From NCBI GenBank assembly GCA_022711395.1, contig JAKLFA010000003.1, positions 34,509 to 98,508 of the forward strand: a DNA stretch of 64,000 nucleotides. The letters run 5' to 3'. This stretch comes from Candidatus Omnitrophota bacterium. GTDB lineage: Bacteria > Omnitrophota > Gorgyraeia > Zapsychrales > JANLHA01. Both the position numbers and the translations under genes were made by a program. Positions within the stretch are counted from its first letter, which is position 1; the number at the start of each line of letters is the position of its first letter. The notes below the pieces were generated by a model. That model was not told the DNA's origin. It ran no database searches and saw only the letters and a list, made by a program, of their open reading frames with translations. Shown in pieces: positions 16,782 to 27,900 of the stretch.

Positions 16782-18464
16782 TTAACGGTCTGTGACCGCG
16801 CCTTGGGCTGCCGAACTGACCGCCCTCTGATATTTTCTCAAAACCCCTGAACGATAGCGCGGCTCCGGCTGCGCCCAGCGCGAAAGCCGTTTATCGATCT
16901 CCTCTTGAGCGACCAGTAAATTGATCGTGCGTTTGGAGGCGTCGATCTCGATCGTGTCCCCATCCTCAACGATGGCGATCACGCCGCCTTCATACGCTTC
17001 CGGCGTAATGTGCCCCACGACAAATCCATGGCTCCCGCCGGAAAAACGGCCGTCTGTGATGAGCGCCACCTCTTTGCCCAGCCCGCGGCCCATGATCGCG
17101 GACGTCGGCGAAAGCATCTCCCTCATCCCGGGGCCTCCCTTAGGGCCTTCATAACGGATCACCACCACATGACCTTTTTTGACAGACCCGTCGAGAATAC
17201 TTTTAAGCGCCGCCTCTTCCGATTCAAACACCCGCGCCTCACCCACAAACCGTTCGCCCTCTTTTCCGCTGATCTTGGCGACCGCGCCGGTCTGCGCAAG
17301 GTTCCCGTAAAGGATCACCAAGTGCCCTTCTTTTTTGATCGGGTCCGTCAAAGGGCGAATGACCTCCTGCCCTTTGGGATACGGTTTGACCTTGGCAAGA
17401 TTTTGTGCCAGCGTCTTACCGGTGACCGTCAGGCAGTCCCCGTGAAGAAGCCCGGCGTCCAAAAGCATTTTCATGCAGGGCGTCAGCCCGCCGATGGCGA
17501 CAAGCTCCGCGGTCACGAACCGGCCGCTGGGCTTTAAGTCCGCCAAGACCGGGACCCTTTTGCCGATCTCGGTAAAATCATCCAGCGTCAATTTGACCCC
17601 GATCGAATGGGCGATCGCCAGCAAATGCAATACCGCGTTGGTGGATCCCCCCAACGCCATCACGACGGTGATCGCGTTCTCGAAAGCCTTGCGGGTCATG
17701 ATGTCTTTCGGCCGGATGCCTTTCTTGAGCATGTTCAAGACCGCTTCTCCGGCGCGCAGGCAATCGTCTTCCTTGTCCTTGGAAACCGCTGTCTGCATCG
17801 AACTGTTGGGCAGGCTCATGCCCAGCGCTTCGATCGCTGAGGCCATGGTGTTGGCCGTATACATCCCGCCGCAGGCGCCAGGACCGGGGATCGCGCGCGT
17901 TTCGATCCCCTTCAATTCCTGAGCTGAAATTTTTTTATTGGCATACGCACCGACGGCCTCAAAGACCGAGACAATGTCGATCTTCTTCTTTTTGTAGGAA
18001 CCGGGAAGGATCGTTCCACCATAAATAAATACCGACGGCCGGTTCAAACGCGCCATGGCCATCACGCATCCCGGCATGTTCTTGTCGCAGCCGCCGATAG
18101 CGATCAGCCCGTCAAATCCTTCGCATCCGCAAACGGTCTCGACCGAATCCGCGATGACCTCTCTGGAAACAAGGGAATATTTCATCCCTTCGGTCCCCAT
18201 CGATATTCCGTCAGCAACCGTGATCGTCCCGAAAATAATGCCTTTGCCTCCGGCGCGGTCCACCCCTTGCGCCGCCTTCCTGGCCAATTGGTCAATATGC
18301 ATGTTGCAGGGAGTGAGCATGCTCCAGGTCGAGGCCACGCCAACCTGCGCCTTTTTAAAATCCGCGTCCTTAAACCCGACGGCCCTTAACATCGAACGGT
18401 TGGGCGCCCGGTCATAGCCTTCGGTCACAGCGCTTGAAAATGGACGGATATTTTTTTTGCTCAT
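16782..18464 (-). CDS. ilvD: Dihydroxy-acid dehydratase
   Basis: 560 aa. ILVD/EDD signature CDKNMPG and a C-terminal SGGSHGFVVGHITPEA motif. Confidence 0.9.
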   Translation of the reverse strand: MSKKNIRPFSSAVTEGYDRAPNRSMLRAVGFKDADFKKAQVGVASTWSMLTPCNMHIDQLARKAAQGVDRAGGKGIIFGTITVADGISMGTEGMKYSLVSREVIADSVETVCGCEGFDGLIAIGGCDKNMPGCVMAMARLNRPSVFIYGGTILPGSYKKKKIDIVSVFEAVGAYANKKISAQELKGIETRAIPGPGACGGMYTANTMASAIEALGMSLPNSSMQTAVSKDKEDDCLRAGEAVLNMLKKGIRPKDIMTRKAFENAITVVMALGGSTNAVLHLLAIAHSIGVKLTLDDFTEIGKRVPVLADLKPSGRFVTAELVAIGGLTPCMKMLLDAGLLHGDCLTVTGKTLAQNLAKVKPYPKGQEVIRPLTDPIKKEGHLVILYGNLAQTGAVAKISGKEGERFVGEARVFESEEAALKSILDGSVKKGHVVVIRYEGPKGGPGMREMLSPTSAIMGRGLGKEVALITDGRFSGGSHGFVVGHITPEAYEGGVIAIVEDGDTIEIDASKRTINLLVAQEEIDKRLSRWAQPEPRYRSGVLRKYQRAVSSAAQGAVTDR

Positions 18465-18488
18465 AAACAGCTCCCGCGTTTGCTTCCG

Positions 18489-19859
18489 TTAAACCTTGGG
18501 AAGGCCGGTCAATGACGCGGCCAAAGATTTCTCAAGCTCCTCTTCAGGAAGGGAATAACTGGTCAACTCCCCTCGTAAATAACGATCATATCCCAGCATG
18601 TCCATCATCCCGTGCCCGCTGTAGCAAAAGAGGATCACTTTCTCTTTTCCTTCCTCGCGCGCCTTGATCGCCTCATCAACGGCCCCGGCGATCGCGTGGC
18701 TGGTTTCAGGCGCGCAGATCGCGCCCTCAGTCTTGGCCCACAAAAGGGCCGCTTCATAACTGGCGACCTGATCATAGGCGCGCGGTTCGAGCAACCCCTC
18801 TTCAACCGCCTGACTCACCAGCGGCGACATCCCGTGATAACGCAATCCTCCGGCGTGAATAGGCGCCGGCACAAAATTGTGCCCCAGCGTATGCATGGCC
18901 AACAATGGCGTCTGGCCGGATTTGTCGCCGAAATCATACGTGAACGGCCCCCTCGTCAACGTCGGACAGGCCGTGGGCTCGACCGGAACGATCGTGATCT
19001 TCGCCCCGTTGATCTTATCGTGAACGAACGGGAACGAAACGCCCGCGAAATTACTTCCTCCGCCCGCGCAGCCGATCACAACATCCGGAGAACGCTCGCC
19101 GATCAGCGTAAGCTGCTTTTTCGCTTCAAGCCCGATAATGGTCTGATGCAGCATGACATGGTTCAAAACGCTGCCCAGTGAATATTTGGTCTGACCGCTT
19201 TGATCTTCCAGCGCCTGTTCAATGGCCTCGCTGATCGCGATCCCCAGACTTCCCGGAGTATCCGGCGTCTCTTTTAAGACCTGACGCCCCGTCGCTGTTT
19301 CCTGGCTGGGACTGGCCACACAAGTCCCTCCCCAGATATTCATCATGATCCGGCGGAGCGGTTTTTGATCAAAACTGATGCGCACCATAAACACCTTGCA
19401 CTCCAAGCCGATCAGGCTGCAGGCAAAGGACAAAGCACTTCCCCACTGGCCGGCACCGGTCTCGGTGGTCAGACGCTTGGTGCCGAACTGTTTGTTATAC
19501 CAGGCCTGCGGCACGGCCGTATTAGGCTTGTGACTCCCGGCAGGGCTTACGCTTTCATCCTTGTAATAGATCCTGGCCGGCGTCTTAAGATGTTTCTCTA
19601 AATATCTAGCCCGGCGAAGCGGCGCAGGACGCCAACGATACAAAATTTCTAAAATTTCTTCGGGAATATCCACCCAGCGGCTTTGGGTCATCTCCTGTTC
19701 CAAAAGATTGGCCGGAAAGATCCTCGCCATCTGCTCAGGCGTCACCGGTTTTCCATCCGGCCCTAACGGCGGATGCATGGGGCCTTTAAGGTCAGCTCCC
19801 AGATTGTACCATTGACGCGGAATGTCTTTTTCGCTTAACGTCACTTTGATCTCGTTCAT
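18489..19859 (-). CDS. trpB: Tryptophan synthase beta-chain-like protein of the TrpB2 type. The start was taken at MNEIKV; the track ORF starts 13 codons further upstream.
   Basis: PLP-lysine region SPAGSHKPN and [10 protein letters not shown]. The N-terminal IPRQWYN extension and roughly 455 aa length are typical of TrpB2. There is no trpA in the window. Confidence 0.85.
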   Translation of the reverse strand: MNEIKVTLSEKDIPRQWYNLGADLKGPMHPPLGPDGKPVTPEQMARIFPANLLEQEMTQSRWVDIPEEILEILYRWRPAPLRRARYLEKHLKTPARIYYKDESVSPAGSHKPNTAVPQAWYNKQFGTKRLTTETGAGQWGSALSFACSLIGLECKVFMVRISFDQKPLRRIMMNIWGGTCVASPSQETATGRQVLKETPDTPGSLGIAISEAIEQALEDQSGQTKYSLGSVLNHVMLHQTIIGLEAKKQLTLIGERSPDVVIGCAGGGSNFAGVSFPFVHDKINGAKITIVPVEPTACPTLTRGPFTYDFGDKSGQTPLLAMHTLGHNFVPAPIHAGGLRYHGMSPLVSQAVEEGLLEPRAYDQVASYEAALLWAKTEGAICAPETSHAIAGAVDEAIKAREEGKEKVILFCYSGHGMMDMLGYDRYLRGELTSYSLPEEELEKSLAASLTGLPKV

Positions 19860-19928
19860 AAACCGCCTTTTGTTAATGATCCTTTGCTTGAGGAACAATG
19901 ACAGCCGCTCCCAAATTCCTTCATCCCT

Positions 19929-20336
19929 TTATTCATCCCAGGCGATATCGGATGCGGAAAATTCCGCCGGGGACTCTTGCGCGGCTCCGCCTTCCGCGGC
20001 CGGGCCTCCGTCGCCTTTTTTGGGCATAAAATGCACGTTGTTAGCGGCGATGCGCACACGGCTTTGGGTCTTGCCGTCTTTTTCCCAACGGTCCTGCCTG
20101 AGGCGCCCTTCCACGATGATCCCGCTCCCTTTTTTTAAATATTTGGAGCAATTTTCCGCCATCGGCCCCCAGACCTCGACATCAAAAAACGAAACTTCCT
20201 GGACCTTCTCCCCGTTCTTTGTGTAGACCCGGTTGTTGGCAATGGAAAGATTGCAGACCGCTTTTCCCGCCGGAGTGTAGCGGATCTCAGGATCCCTGGT
20301 TAAATTTCCCATTATGTTCACGCTGTTGAGGCTCAT
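19929..20336 (-). CDS. ssb: Single-stranded DNA-binding protein
   Basis: OB-fold region NIMGNLTRDPEIRYTPAGKAVCNLSIA... and a Gly/Ala-rich acidic tail ending in DIAWDE. Confidence 0.85.
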   Translation of the reverse strand: MSLNSVNIMGNLTRDPEIRYTPAGKAVCNLSIANNRVYTKNGEKVQEVSFFDVEVWGPMAENCSKYLKKGSGIIVEGRLRQDRWEKDGKTQSRVRIAANNVHFMPKKGDGGPAAEGGAAQESPAEFSASDIAWDE

Positions 20337-20392
20337 GGCTTTCCTTTCTGAAAGAGATGGATTTTATAAAATAAATGCCGCACTATTTTAGC

Positions 20393-20427
20393 AGAAAAGC
20401 CCGCGACGTAAAGCCCGCAGGGCTTTT
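20393..20427 (-). terminator. Putative intrinsic terminator after the second giant gene. Stem AAAAGCCC ... GGGCTTTT, or the inner stem AAAGCCC-TGC-GGGCTTT.
   Basis: Inverted repeats read directly, 26-60 nt downstream of the stop codon at 20453. Confidence 0.4.
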
Positions 20428-20452
20428 GCTCAAAAAAACCATTTGTTAACCA

Positions 20453-23400
20453 CTATTCTGTCGCGACGTTCCAAGTCCCATCCATCTGGACTGCATATTT
20501 AAAAGTGATGGTCTTGGGATCCGAACCCGAGATGCCGGTGACCTCCATCTTGCCGTAATAGCCGTCATCGGTCCTAAACACGAACACCTTCCCAACTGAT
20601 ACTGAAAACCCCATCCCGTCCCAAGTAAAATTATATGTTGAGCTGTCCGGCGCTTCCGAAATCGCGTCAAAACTGTCCGATGCGGCTTTGAACCTGGCTT
20701 CCCGGATCGGCATCAGCCTTACATCGTCCGGATTGAATTGGATATCGTTCGGGAACGGGCAGTCTCCCAGGCTGACCCCATCGGAGAAATCGAAAAAGAA
20801 ATTATGATGAGTATAGGACGTGATCGATCCCGTTTTGACCGGCAGACCGGCCGTCTGCGGTGTCAGCTCCTGTGCCGGTTCCAGTTCCGATCCATCTCCA
20901 GACTCCAAAAGCCCGGGATCCCGTTTCTCATTGGCCTCGCGGATCTTTTCGACCATTTTAGATGACAATCCGCTGGCCTGCGCGACCTCCGGTGACAGCG
21001 ACGCAAACAACAGGTCCCCTCTTAAATTGTGCACAAGCATCTGCGCATCACCCAGGGTGAAGATCAGGGTGGTCTTGCCCGCCGCCTTCTGCAGCTCCCC
21101 GCTTGAACGCGCTGTCTGGCTCTTTTCCCATTTGACCTCAGCAATGAACTTGTCTTTCTGCTTTTCAATGCGGTTGATCCTCACCAGGATCTTCGTCCCT
21201 TGAAAGATCTCAAAATCGAACTGCGCGCCCGAAACAAGCGCTGATTTTCCTCCAAGGAACTGTTCTGATATCCCGTCACTGAACACGGAAAGATTGGCAG
21301 ACTCATAAGCATCCGCCAGACGTTGGATCGCCTCCACAACAAGCTGCTGATAGGACACATCCTTATACGTCAAAGATGACAGTTCAGGAAACGGGTTCAG
21401 CTCATATTTTTCTTCTCTGTCCGTGATAACGCGAAGACGAAGCAGATAGCCGGCATCGGGCAGCGGAGCGAACACGTATTTGATCTTCTGTGCCTTTGCG
21501 AGCGGCTTCCAAGTCCCCCCGCCATCAAGGGAGATCTGAACGCCCGCCACGCCTGTCATATGATTAAACGTTCCGGTGATCTCGATCTGACCGTTCTTAA
21601 GATCTTCTTTGGTAAACAAAACATCTCCCTTGAGGGACATGGGCGTAAAAGCGTTCAGCTTGACATCGCCCACCGAATACCCCTGCCGTCGCGCCTGTTC
21701 TTCCTGAACCTGTTCCTGCTCTTCCTGCGCCTTCTTTTTATCCGCTTGGGCCCTGGCCGCGGCTTCCGCCGCCGCCTGGTCCTGAAGTTCTTTATTTTTT
21801 AGAGCCATCAGCGCCTCGTTCCTGGCAAGAGCCAACCTCGCGACCTCGACGTACAGTCGCCCGAGATCATGCTGCAAGCGCGCATCGTTCAAGGCGGAAC
21901 GGACATTGTCATTCACCGAATAATCCGGTGCCGGCAATCCCCGCCCGGTTGTCTTTTTCACATACTCTTCCGCTGTGGCCATCCCATATTCCTTCGCCCT
22001 CTGTTCAAGCGCTGCGCGGTCACGGTCAGACATCGCGCGCAGCAGGCCCGGAACAAGATCAGCGACCTGCGCCATTTTCTGCTCGTAATCCGAAAACGGT
22101 TCCTGAAGAGAGGACAGGATCTTCAATGCCCCCTCCAGGTCGCTCTTATAAAGAATATGTCCCGACAAAGGAGAAACAAAGTTCGCTTCCCGCGCCGGCG
22201 TGACGTGCGACATCGACAGCATCGCTTGCATCGCCTTGTCATACAACGGAGCATATTGCTTGATAAATTCGTAACCCTTATAATTCGGCCAATCCCCGGC
22301 AATGTTTGAAGCATACGCGCTCAATTCACTGGCTGTCATCGCATGCGGGAACGGCTCGTTCTTCAAGGCCATCCCCTCAATGCGCTCTTTCGGTGCGGCG
22401 ATCTGATAACCGTTTGCCGCAGGTTCAAAATGGCCTTTTTTGACCTGCGCGTTGATGAACGCCTGAACCTCGCGCGATTTCTGCTGCAGCCAATACGCGT
22501 CCCGCTCGCGGTTCTCTCCATCGGTGGCGGATAATTGCATCAGCTCCCTTACCGAAGCCATCATGGCCTCACAGATCGCCGGCGTCGAGCTGGCCACACT
22601 GTCGATAGCGGCCATCCGCCCCCGCGGATCGAAACTGCCATCGATGAACGCCTGGATCTCCTTAATATCGTTCGGGCTCAAATCCGGGATTTTTTGCCAC
22701 TGCTCTACGGCCCTAAGCCATATTTTTTTCATGCGTTCGGCGTCAACCGCATACGCGCTCACCGCCGATGGGGCATACACCCCTGCCAGGATCTCCCCCG
22801 CCTTCATCTGAATAATATTAGGAAGCGACGGAAGCGTGTCGCCGTCGTTAGGGCCTAATTGCGCTACGGCGGTATGAACATTGTCCTTCAGGGCCTGCAA
22901 AGCGACATTGATGGAACTGATCACATGGCAGGGGTCCGCCAGCGGCAGCAACTGTCCCAACCTTTTCGGATCGCGCGCGGCGGTGACAGGAAGGTCGCGT
23001 TCGGCCGCGGCCATTGCGTCGTTATAAAGATTATATTGCCGGGCGCGGGCGCCGGCCAATCCGCCATAGGCAGATATCACTTCTTCGAGAGTCGCCATCG
23101 CTGACTGGTACTCAGCGTTCACTGCGGCAATAATGTTGTTCCTGACAATGTCCGCTTTCCCGTAAGCGACATTCAACCCATCCCTTGCGGCATCTGAAGC
23201 TCCGCCTCCAATAGGCTTCGGAGCCTTAAAGATCTTCTCTTCTGCCTGTTCTTGATAAAAACGGATCTCCACCAAAACGGCGTTGGACCACATCCGTCTT
23301 AGATCATTGGCCTGGCCAACAGCCCCCATATCAACAAGCTCCACACATTTTTTAACAAATGCTTTCGGATCGGCTGACGGCACGCCGCCGCCCATACGCT

Positions 23401-24790
23401 CCAGGACCCGACCCCAATCAAAGGGCTTAAGATATTGCTTAAACGCTGAGTAATACTTTTGCGCATACGAAATGACTTCCGGACTCGGCGGCGGAGTGTT
23501 GCCCCCTGCCGGTTGACTATCAACGACCTGCTCCGCAGCAGAGGCCGCCTGTGAAGCGTTCCGTCCAATAAAATCTTTTATCGTTCCTAGAACGGCGAGC
23601 CAGCCGTTCCGCGCGCCGCTCAATTGTTTCGCCAAAGCCTCTTCGCGCAAGATCGCAGCCCGGCCGCTCGCCTGCAACAGGTCAAGCGACCATGTGTTCG
23701 CCATGTCAAAAAGGGCCTGCGCCTCCGGCATATTTGCCGCGGTCAGGCCGTTGAAACGCTTTTGAAACTCATTTAAAGCGGCAGCGCTTTCTTTCACCAT
23801 GAGCCGCATCTCGGGAAGCTTCTTGATATATTCCCGGATGGACAAAAATTCATGGAACGCCTGTTCAAGGTCTTCATGATAAAATCTGCCGACACGGTTC
23901 GCGAAAAGCTGAAATTCCGCCATCATTTGACGCACGCGCGTCTGCCCCCAGGCGACCCGGGCTTGTTTATTGACATCCTTGATGAGCTGCGAGATCCACG
24001 TTCGGCCTTTATTTTTCCAGGTTGTCGCGAGGGCTTCGATCTCGGCGCTGCGGGCCGTGTCCTCACCGGAACCGACCGCCATCCAGCTCGCCGCGTATTC
24101 TGACCAGCTTTGTTCCGGCCATTCATCGCCAAGGACCTTCTCGACGTAGGACCTAAGCATCTGCCGGGCACTGTCGTTGGTCATCACATACTTATCAAAA
24201 AAATAATCCGCGCTGGCGGCGGTCTCCGGTATCAAGGCCGGTGAGTCGGCATTCGGATTAATGACACCCATCAAGCGCCGGTCATTGGACATCATGCCGT
24301 AGAGCGTTTCGATCTCCAGCGCGGCCTGGCTCGCCGCGACTTCTTTATGGGACTGATAGGTGAGTTTGGCCATCTGCCAGGTCACAGACACGAGCGGATG
24401 GTCGAGAACATCCGTGATCTGATCGACCGCTGTAATGAGCGCGTCATCATAACGTCCTTCGATGATCGCAAGGGCCGCTGTTTCAATGGCCTGCATCCGC
24501 TCGACGAATTTCTTGATCTTGTCCTTCGCCTTGACGATCTCGGCCTCATCGTTCTGGAAGATGATCCGTTCATAACCGCCGATCGAGTCCCACAGCCAGT
24601 CCGACCACTTGTCCTGCATGACGGACTTCAGCCCTTCTCCCACGCTCTTCTGTTCCGCCATGGCCTTGGCGACATCTAACCCAAGCTTGATCGGTTTTGG
24701 GGTATTATCCTCATCTTCGGCAAAAACGCTATGACAGAAAAAAACCGACAGAACCATTGCGGTGATAAAAGCTGTTTTCATTCTGTTCAT
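20453..24790 (-). CDS. Giant secreted protein B (1445 aa), family unrecognised, paralog of the gene at 24937..29352.
   Basis: Signal peptide MNRMKTAFITAMVLSVFFCHSVFA. The N-terminal roughly 250 aa are close to the paralog: RYDDALITAVDQITDVLDHPLVSVTWQMAKLTYQSHK... versus KYDDAAFAAIDQVVSTVNHPLVSLTWEMAKLTYESHK.... It is mostly helical, has a central Q/E/A/K coiled-coil region, and carries one Asp-box-like motif SLDGGGTWKP. An AAGAGGGG ribosome-binding site precedes the start. Confidence 0.7.
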   Translation of the reverse strand: MNRMKTAFITAMVLSVFFCHSVFAEDEDNTPKPIKLGLDVAKAMAEQKSVGEGLKSVMQDKWSDWLWDSIGGYERIIFQNDEAEIVKAKDKIKKFVERMQAIETAALAIIEGRYDDALITAVDQITDVLDHPLVSVTWQMAKLTYQSHKEVAASQAALEIETLYGMMSNDRRLMGVINPNADSPALIPETAASADYFFDKYVMTNDSARQMLRSYVEKVLGDEWPEQSWSEYAASWMAVGSGEDTARSAEIEALATTWKNKGRTWISQLIKDVNKQARVAWGQTRVRQMMAEFQLFANRVGRFYHEDLEQAFHEFLSIREYIKKLPEMRLMVKESAAALNEFQKRFNGLTAANMPEAQALFDMANTWSLDLLQASGRAAILREEALAKQLSGARNGWLAVLGTIKDFIGRNASQAASAAEQVVDSQPAGGNTPPPSPEVISYAQKYYSAFKQYLKPFDWGRVLERMGGGVPSADPKAFVKKCVELVDMGAVGQANDLRRMWSNAVLVEIRFYQEQAEEKIFKAPKPIGGGASDAARDGLNVAYGKADIVRNNIIAAVNAEYQSAMATLEEVISAYGGLAGARARQYNLYNDAMAAAERDLPVTAARDPKRLGQLLPLADPCHVISSINVALQALKDNVHTAVAQLGPNDGDTLPSLPNIIQMKAGEILAGVYAPSAVSAYAVDAERMKKIWLRAVEQWQKIPDLSPNDIKEIQAFIDGSFDPRGRMAAIDSVASSTPAICEAMMASVRELMQLSATDGENRERDAYWLQQKSREVQAFINAQVKKGHFEPAANGYQIAAPKERIEGMALKNEPFPHAMTASELSAYASNIAGDWPNYKGYEFIKQYAPLYDKAMQAMLSMSHVTPAREANFVSPLSGHILYKSDLEGALKILSSLQEPFSDYEQKMAQVADLVPGLLRAMSDRDRAALEQRAKEYGMATAEEYVKKTTGRGLPAPDYSVNDNVRSALNDARLQHDLGRLYVEVARLALARNEALMALKNKELQDQAAAEAAARAQADKKKAQEEQEQVQEEQARRQGYSVGDVKLNAFTPMSLKGDVLFTKEDLKNGQIEITGTFNHMTGVAGVQISLDGGGTWKPLAKAQKIKYVFAPLPDAGYLLRLRVITDREEKYELNPFPELSSLTYKDVSYQQLVVEAIQRLADAYESANLSVFSDGISEQFLGGKSALVSGAQFDFEIFQGTKILVRINRIEKQKDKFIAEVKWEKSQTARSSGELQKAAGKTTLIFTLGDAQMLVHNLRGDLLFASLSPEVAQASGLSSKMVEKIREANEKRDPGLLESGDGSELEPAQELTPQTAGLPVKTGSITSYTHHNFFFDFSDGVSLGDCPFPNDIQFNPDDVRLMPIREARFKAASDSFDAISEAPDSSTYNFTWDGMGFSVSVGKVFVFRTDDGYYGKMEVTGISGSDPKTITFKYAVQMDGTWNVATE

Positions 24791-24854
24791 AACCCCTCTT
24801 TTCGTTCAATACGAATTTGACCATGAACAGCAGGCAGAAAACTGTTAACAATCG

Positions 24855-24887
24855 AGAAAAAAGGAGATCTGATCGATCTCCTTTTTT
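24855..24887 (-). terminator. Strong rho-independent terminator between the two giant paralog genes. Stem GGAGATC / GATCTCC with a 5-nt loop, flanked by A8 and T6, so it is bidirectional in form.
   Basis: Read directly as aaaaaaaaGGAGATCtgatcGATCTCCtttttt, 50 nt downstream of the upstream paralog's stop codon (24937) and about 65 nt upstream of the downstream paralog's start (24790). Confidence 0.7.
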
Positions 24888-24936
24888 ATTAATGCTCTGG
24901 CCTTATCCTCTGGCGTCTTTCCCGGTCCCGCAGATC

Positions 24937-27900
24937 TTAGAAAAGCGAGAACGTCCCATCTGAAGTATCGCTGATGTTCGGATCCTCGACCGCCGTGATC
25001 CTGACCTGACAATTAGGAACAGGCGGAAGGAACCCATCGATATCCCATGAATACGTCCCTGCCGCCGCCGGTGTGGAAGCCACCAAAGGAACCCACCATC
25101 CTTCCCAATACTCAATTGAAACAGCCACAACGCCGGAACTGGTCCAGGTAATGTTCTGCGTTGATCCAAGGGCCCAGCTCTCTCCGCCATTGGGGCTGGT
25201 CACCGTGATCGAGGCCTCCTCATCATCCGATGATGATGTCACACCGCCTGAATCTTCCGTTGTGCCCGCACCGGGCTGCGTGGGATTGCGGTCATCGCGG
25301 GCCGTGCGGATCTCATCCACAACGCTTGAATTCTTTCCTGAAGCCTGCGCGATCTCCGGTGAAAGGGTGGCATAGATCAGATCTCCCCGCAGATTCTTGA
25401 TCCGCATCTTCCCCTCTTCCAGGACAAAGGTGAACGTTGTCTTTCCGCTGGTCCTTTGTTCCTCGCCGGTATTGCGGGGGGTCTGGGTCTTGTCCCATTT
25501 GGTCTCAACGACGAACATGTCCCCGCGCTGCTGGATCCGGTTAATATAGATCGTCAGACGGATGTTGATGAACATATCAAAATCAAACCGCACGCCTTCT
25601 TCAAGGGCGGACTTATTGCCAAGATAGTCCGATGAGATGTGATCACTGAAAACGGTCATGTTGGCCTGCTCATAAGCATCCGCGATCCGTTTGACCGTCT
25701 CCGGAACAAGCTGCTCAAAATCCACATCCCGATAGGTGATGCTGTCTACCATGCTGAAGATCCTGACCTGCGGCTCACGCTGATCCGTGGTCTTGATTCG
25801 CAAAATAAAATCATACTCCCGGTCAGGAAGCGGGCTGAAACGGACGCTGATATCCTGAGAAAGCCCGATATCCTGCCAGGTCCTTCCCCCGTCATCCGAC
25901 AAAAGGATCGTCTGCGCCTTATCGATCGTGAACAGCCGCGCTTCAATGATCATCTGGCCGGTGATCAGGTCCGCCTTTGACAGGATCACGTCACCCCGCA
26001 CATCCGCCATCGAACGGGAATTAAGTCTCGGATTCTCGATCGAATAACCGTAATAGGACGCCATCCCGAACGGGCCCGACTCATCGATCCTCCGTTCGCC
26101 TTCAGCGATCGCTTGGCGCATGGCCTCTTCATCCCGGCGCCGCATCTCCTCACGAGTCTGCTGCTCTAAGATACTTTGCTGCTCCATCACCGCTGCCGTA
26201 TGATGCCCTTCCACGAGCGCCTTGACCTTATCCCGCAATTCAAGATACTTTTTCCCCAGCTCATGGGTCCCCAGGCCGTCGCCGGCGAGGTCTATATCTC
26301 TCATGGTATAACTCGGCTGAGATAAAGACTTGCGCAAGACCTTCTTTTGGTACTCTTCCAATGTCATCCCATAAAGCTTGGCCTGTCTCTCATAATATGC
26401 CTTTTCATTGTCCGTTGCCACGTCCAATACATACGGCAAATATTTGGCAACCGCGGCTATTTGCTCTGTATAATCGTTCCCTGTCGGAGACATCTTCTTG
26501 ATCAGGTCTTCAGCCTTTTTCAGGTCGCTCGCATAAACGACTTCCGTGCGCACGATCAAATTTTCTTCCTTCGCGCCGCTGATCCCGGGAAGCGAAAGGA
26601 CCTTCAAAAGCGCCTCGTGATGGCCAGGCAAATATTTCTGCATGATCGCGAAAGCCGGAGAAGCCTTATAATCATCCATAATGGCCTTCTCGAGCGCATC
26701 AAGCTCCGCCTGTAACAGGTAATGCGGATACGGCTCATACGTCTTGACCATTCCGTTCTCGACCGGCCCGGGCAGGGCGACCTGCAGGGAACCCTGATCG
26801 TTCCTCAGCCGGCCTTTGTCAAACTGCTCTCTAAAAAAGCGGTCGATGACCCTGGCCTTCTCGATCAGCCAATACGAATCTTTGTCGCGGTTATCCCGGT
26901 CGGTTTCGGCAAGCTGCAGCTTTTTGTCCAGGATCGCCGTGATCCGGGCAGGGGCTGAGCCAGCGGCCACAACAGCCTCATTGATCGCTTTGATCTCTTT
27001 TTGAAGATCAAAGTCCGGCTTAACAAGGACCTGGATCTCCGCAATATCGGCATCATCGATCGGAGCCTTCGTGTTCCACATCTCAGAAGCCTGCTTCCAG
27101 GTGGAGAATAGTTTCTCATAGCTCCCTTTTTCCTCCATGACCCATGACGGAGAGGACCCTTGTGATGCCAGCTGTGTCGCAAGGCTGATGAGCGACGCGC
27201 CCGCGTAAACAGGATGGGGATTGTCTTCCCGTAACGGCGTGATATACGTGTGCGCTTCCTCGCCCATGCGCTTTAAATCGTCCTGCAGGCTGGAAACCAG
27301 CTGATCAACGTCCATCGGGATCGTCTTCCTGATATAATCCATCATTTCCTTGAGCTTGTCATATTGCTGCTTCCGGGCGTCCGCTAAGCTCTGAAACGCG
27401 TTCACCACTTCAGCAGCGGCGGAAATATTTTCAGAATAGGTCTTCTCCGCCATGACGGTCAAACGGCCCGCCGTTTCCTTAGCTTTAGCTGTTGCGGCAA
27501 CCCATCCATTCTGCACTGCAGCGCTTTCCTTTTGCAGAGCCCAGAGCCTGTTCTTAACCGGAGGGATCTGCGCGTCAAATGCCTGCATGGTCGCCGTGTT
27601 CGAATTTATGATCCGCTGACATTGCTCCTCACTGCCGTTTTCCGGGCAATTCGGAAGGCTCGCCACTAAAGCTGCCCGGGCCTTTGAAATAGTTTCAAGC
27701 TCTGCATAAATACCATTTAAAGCAGTGTTCATCGCCGCCGTCTTCTGCGCAAATGATTCTGTTTCCGGCACTTTGTCAAGGACGGGGGCCATGGCCGCCT
27801 TCCAATCATCAAAATGCTTCTTCGCCGCCCCCTGCCAGACGGAGTATATGGCCAAAGCCTCCGCAATATTCCCCATGTTGCATTCTTTTAAAAGAATTTC

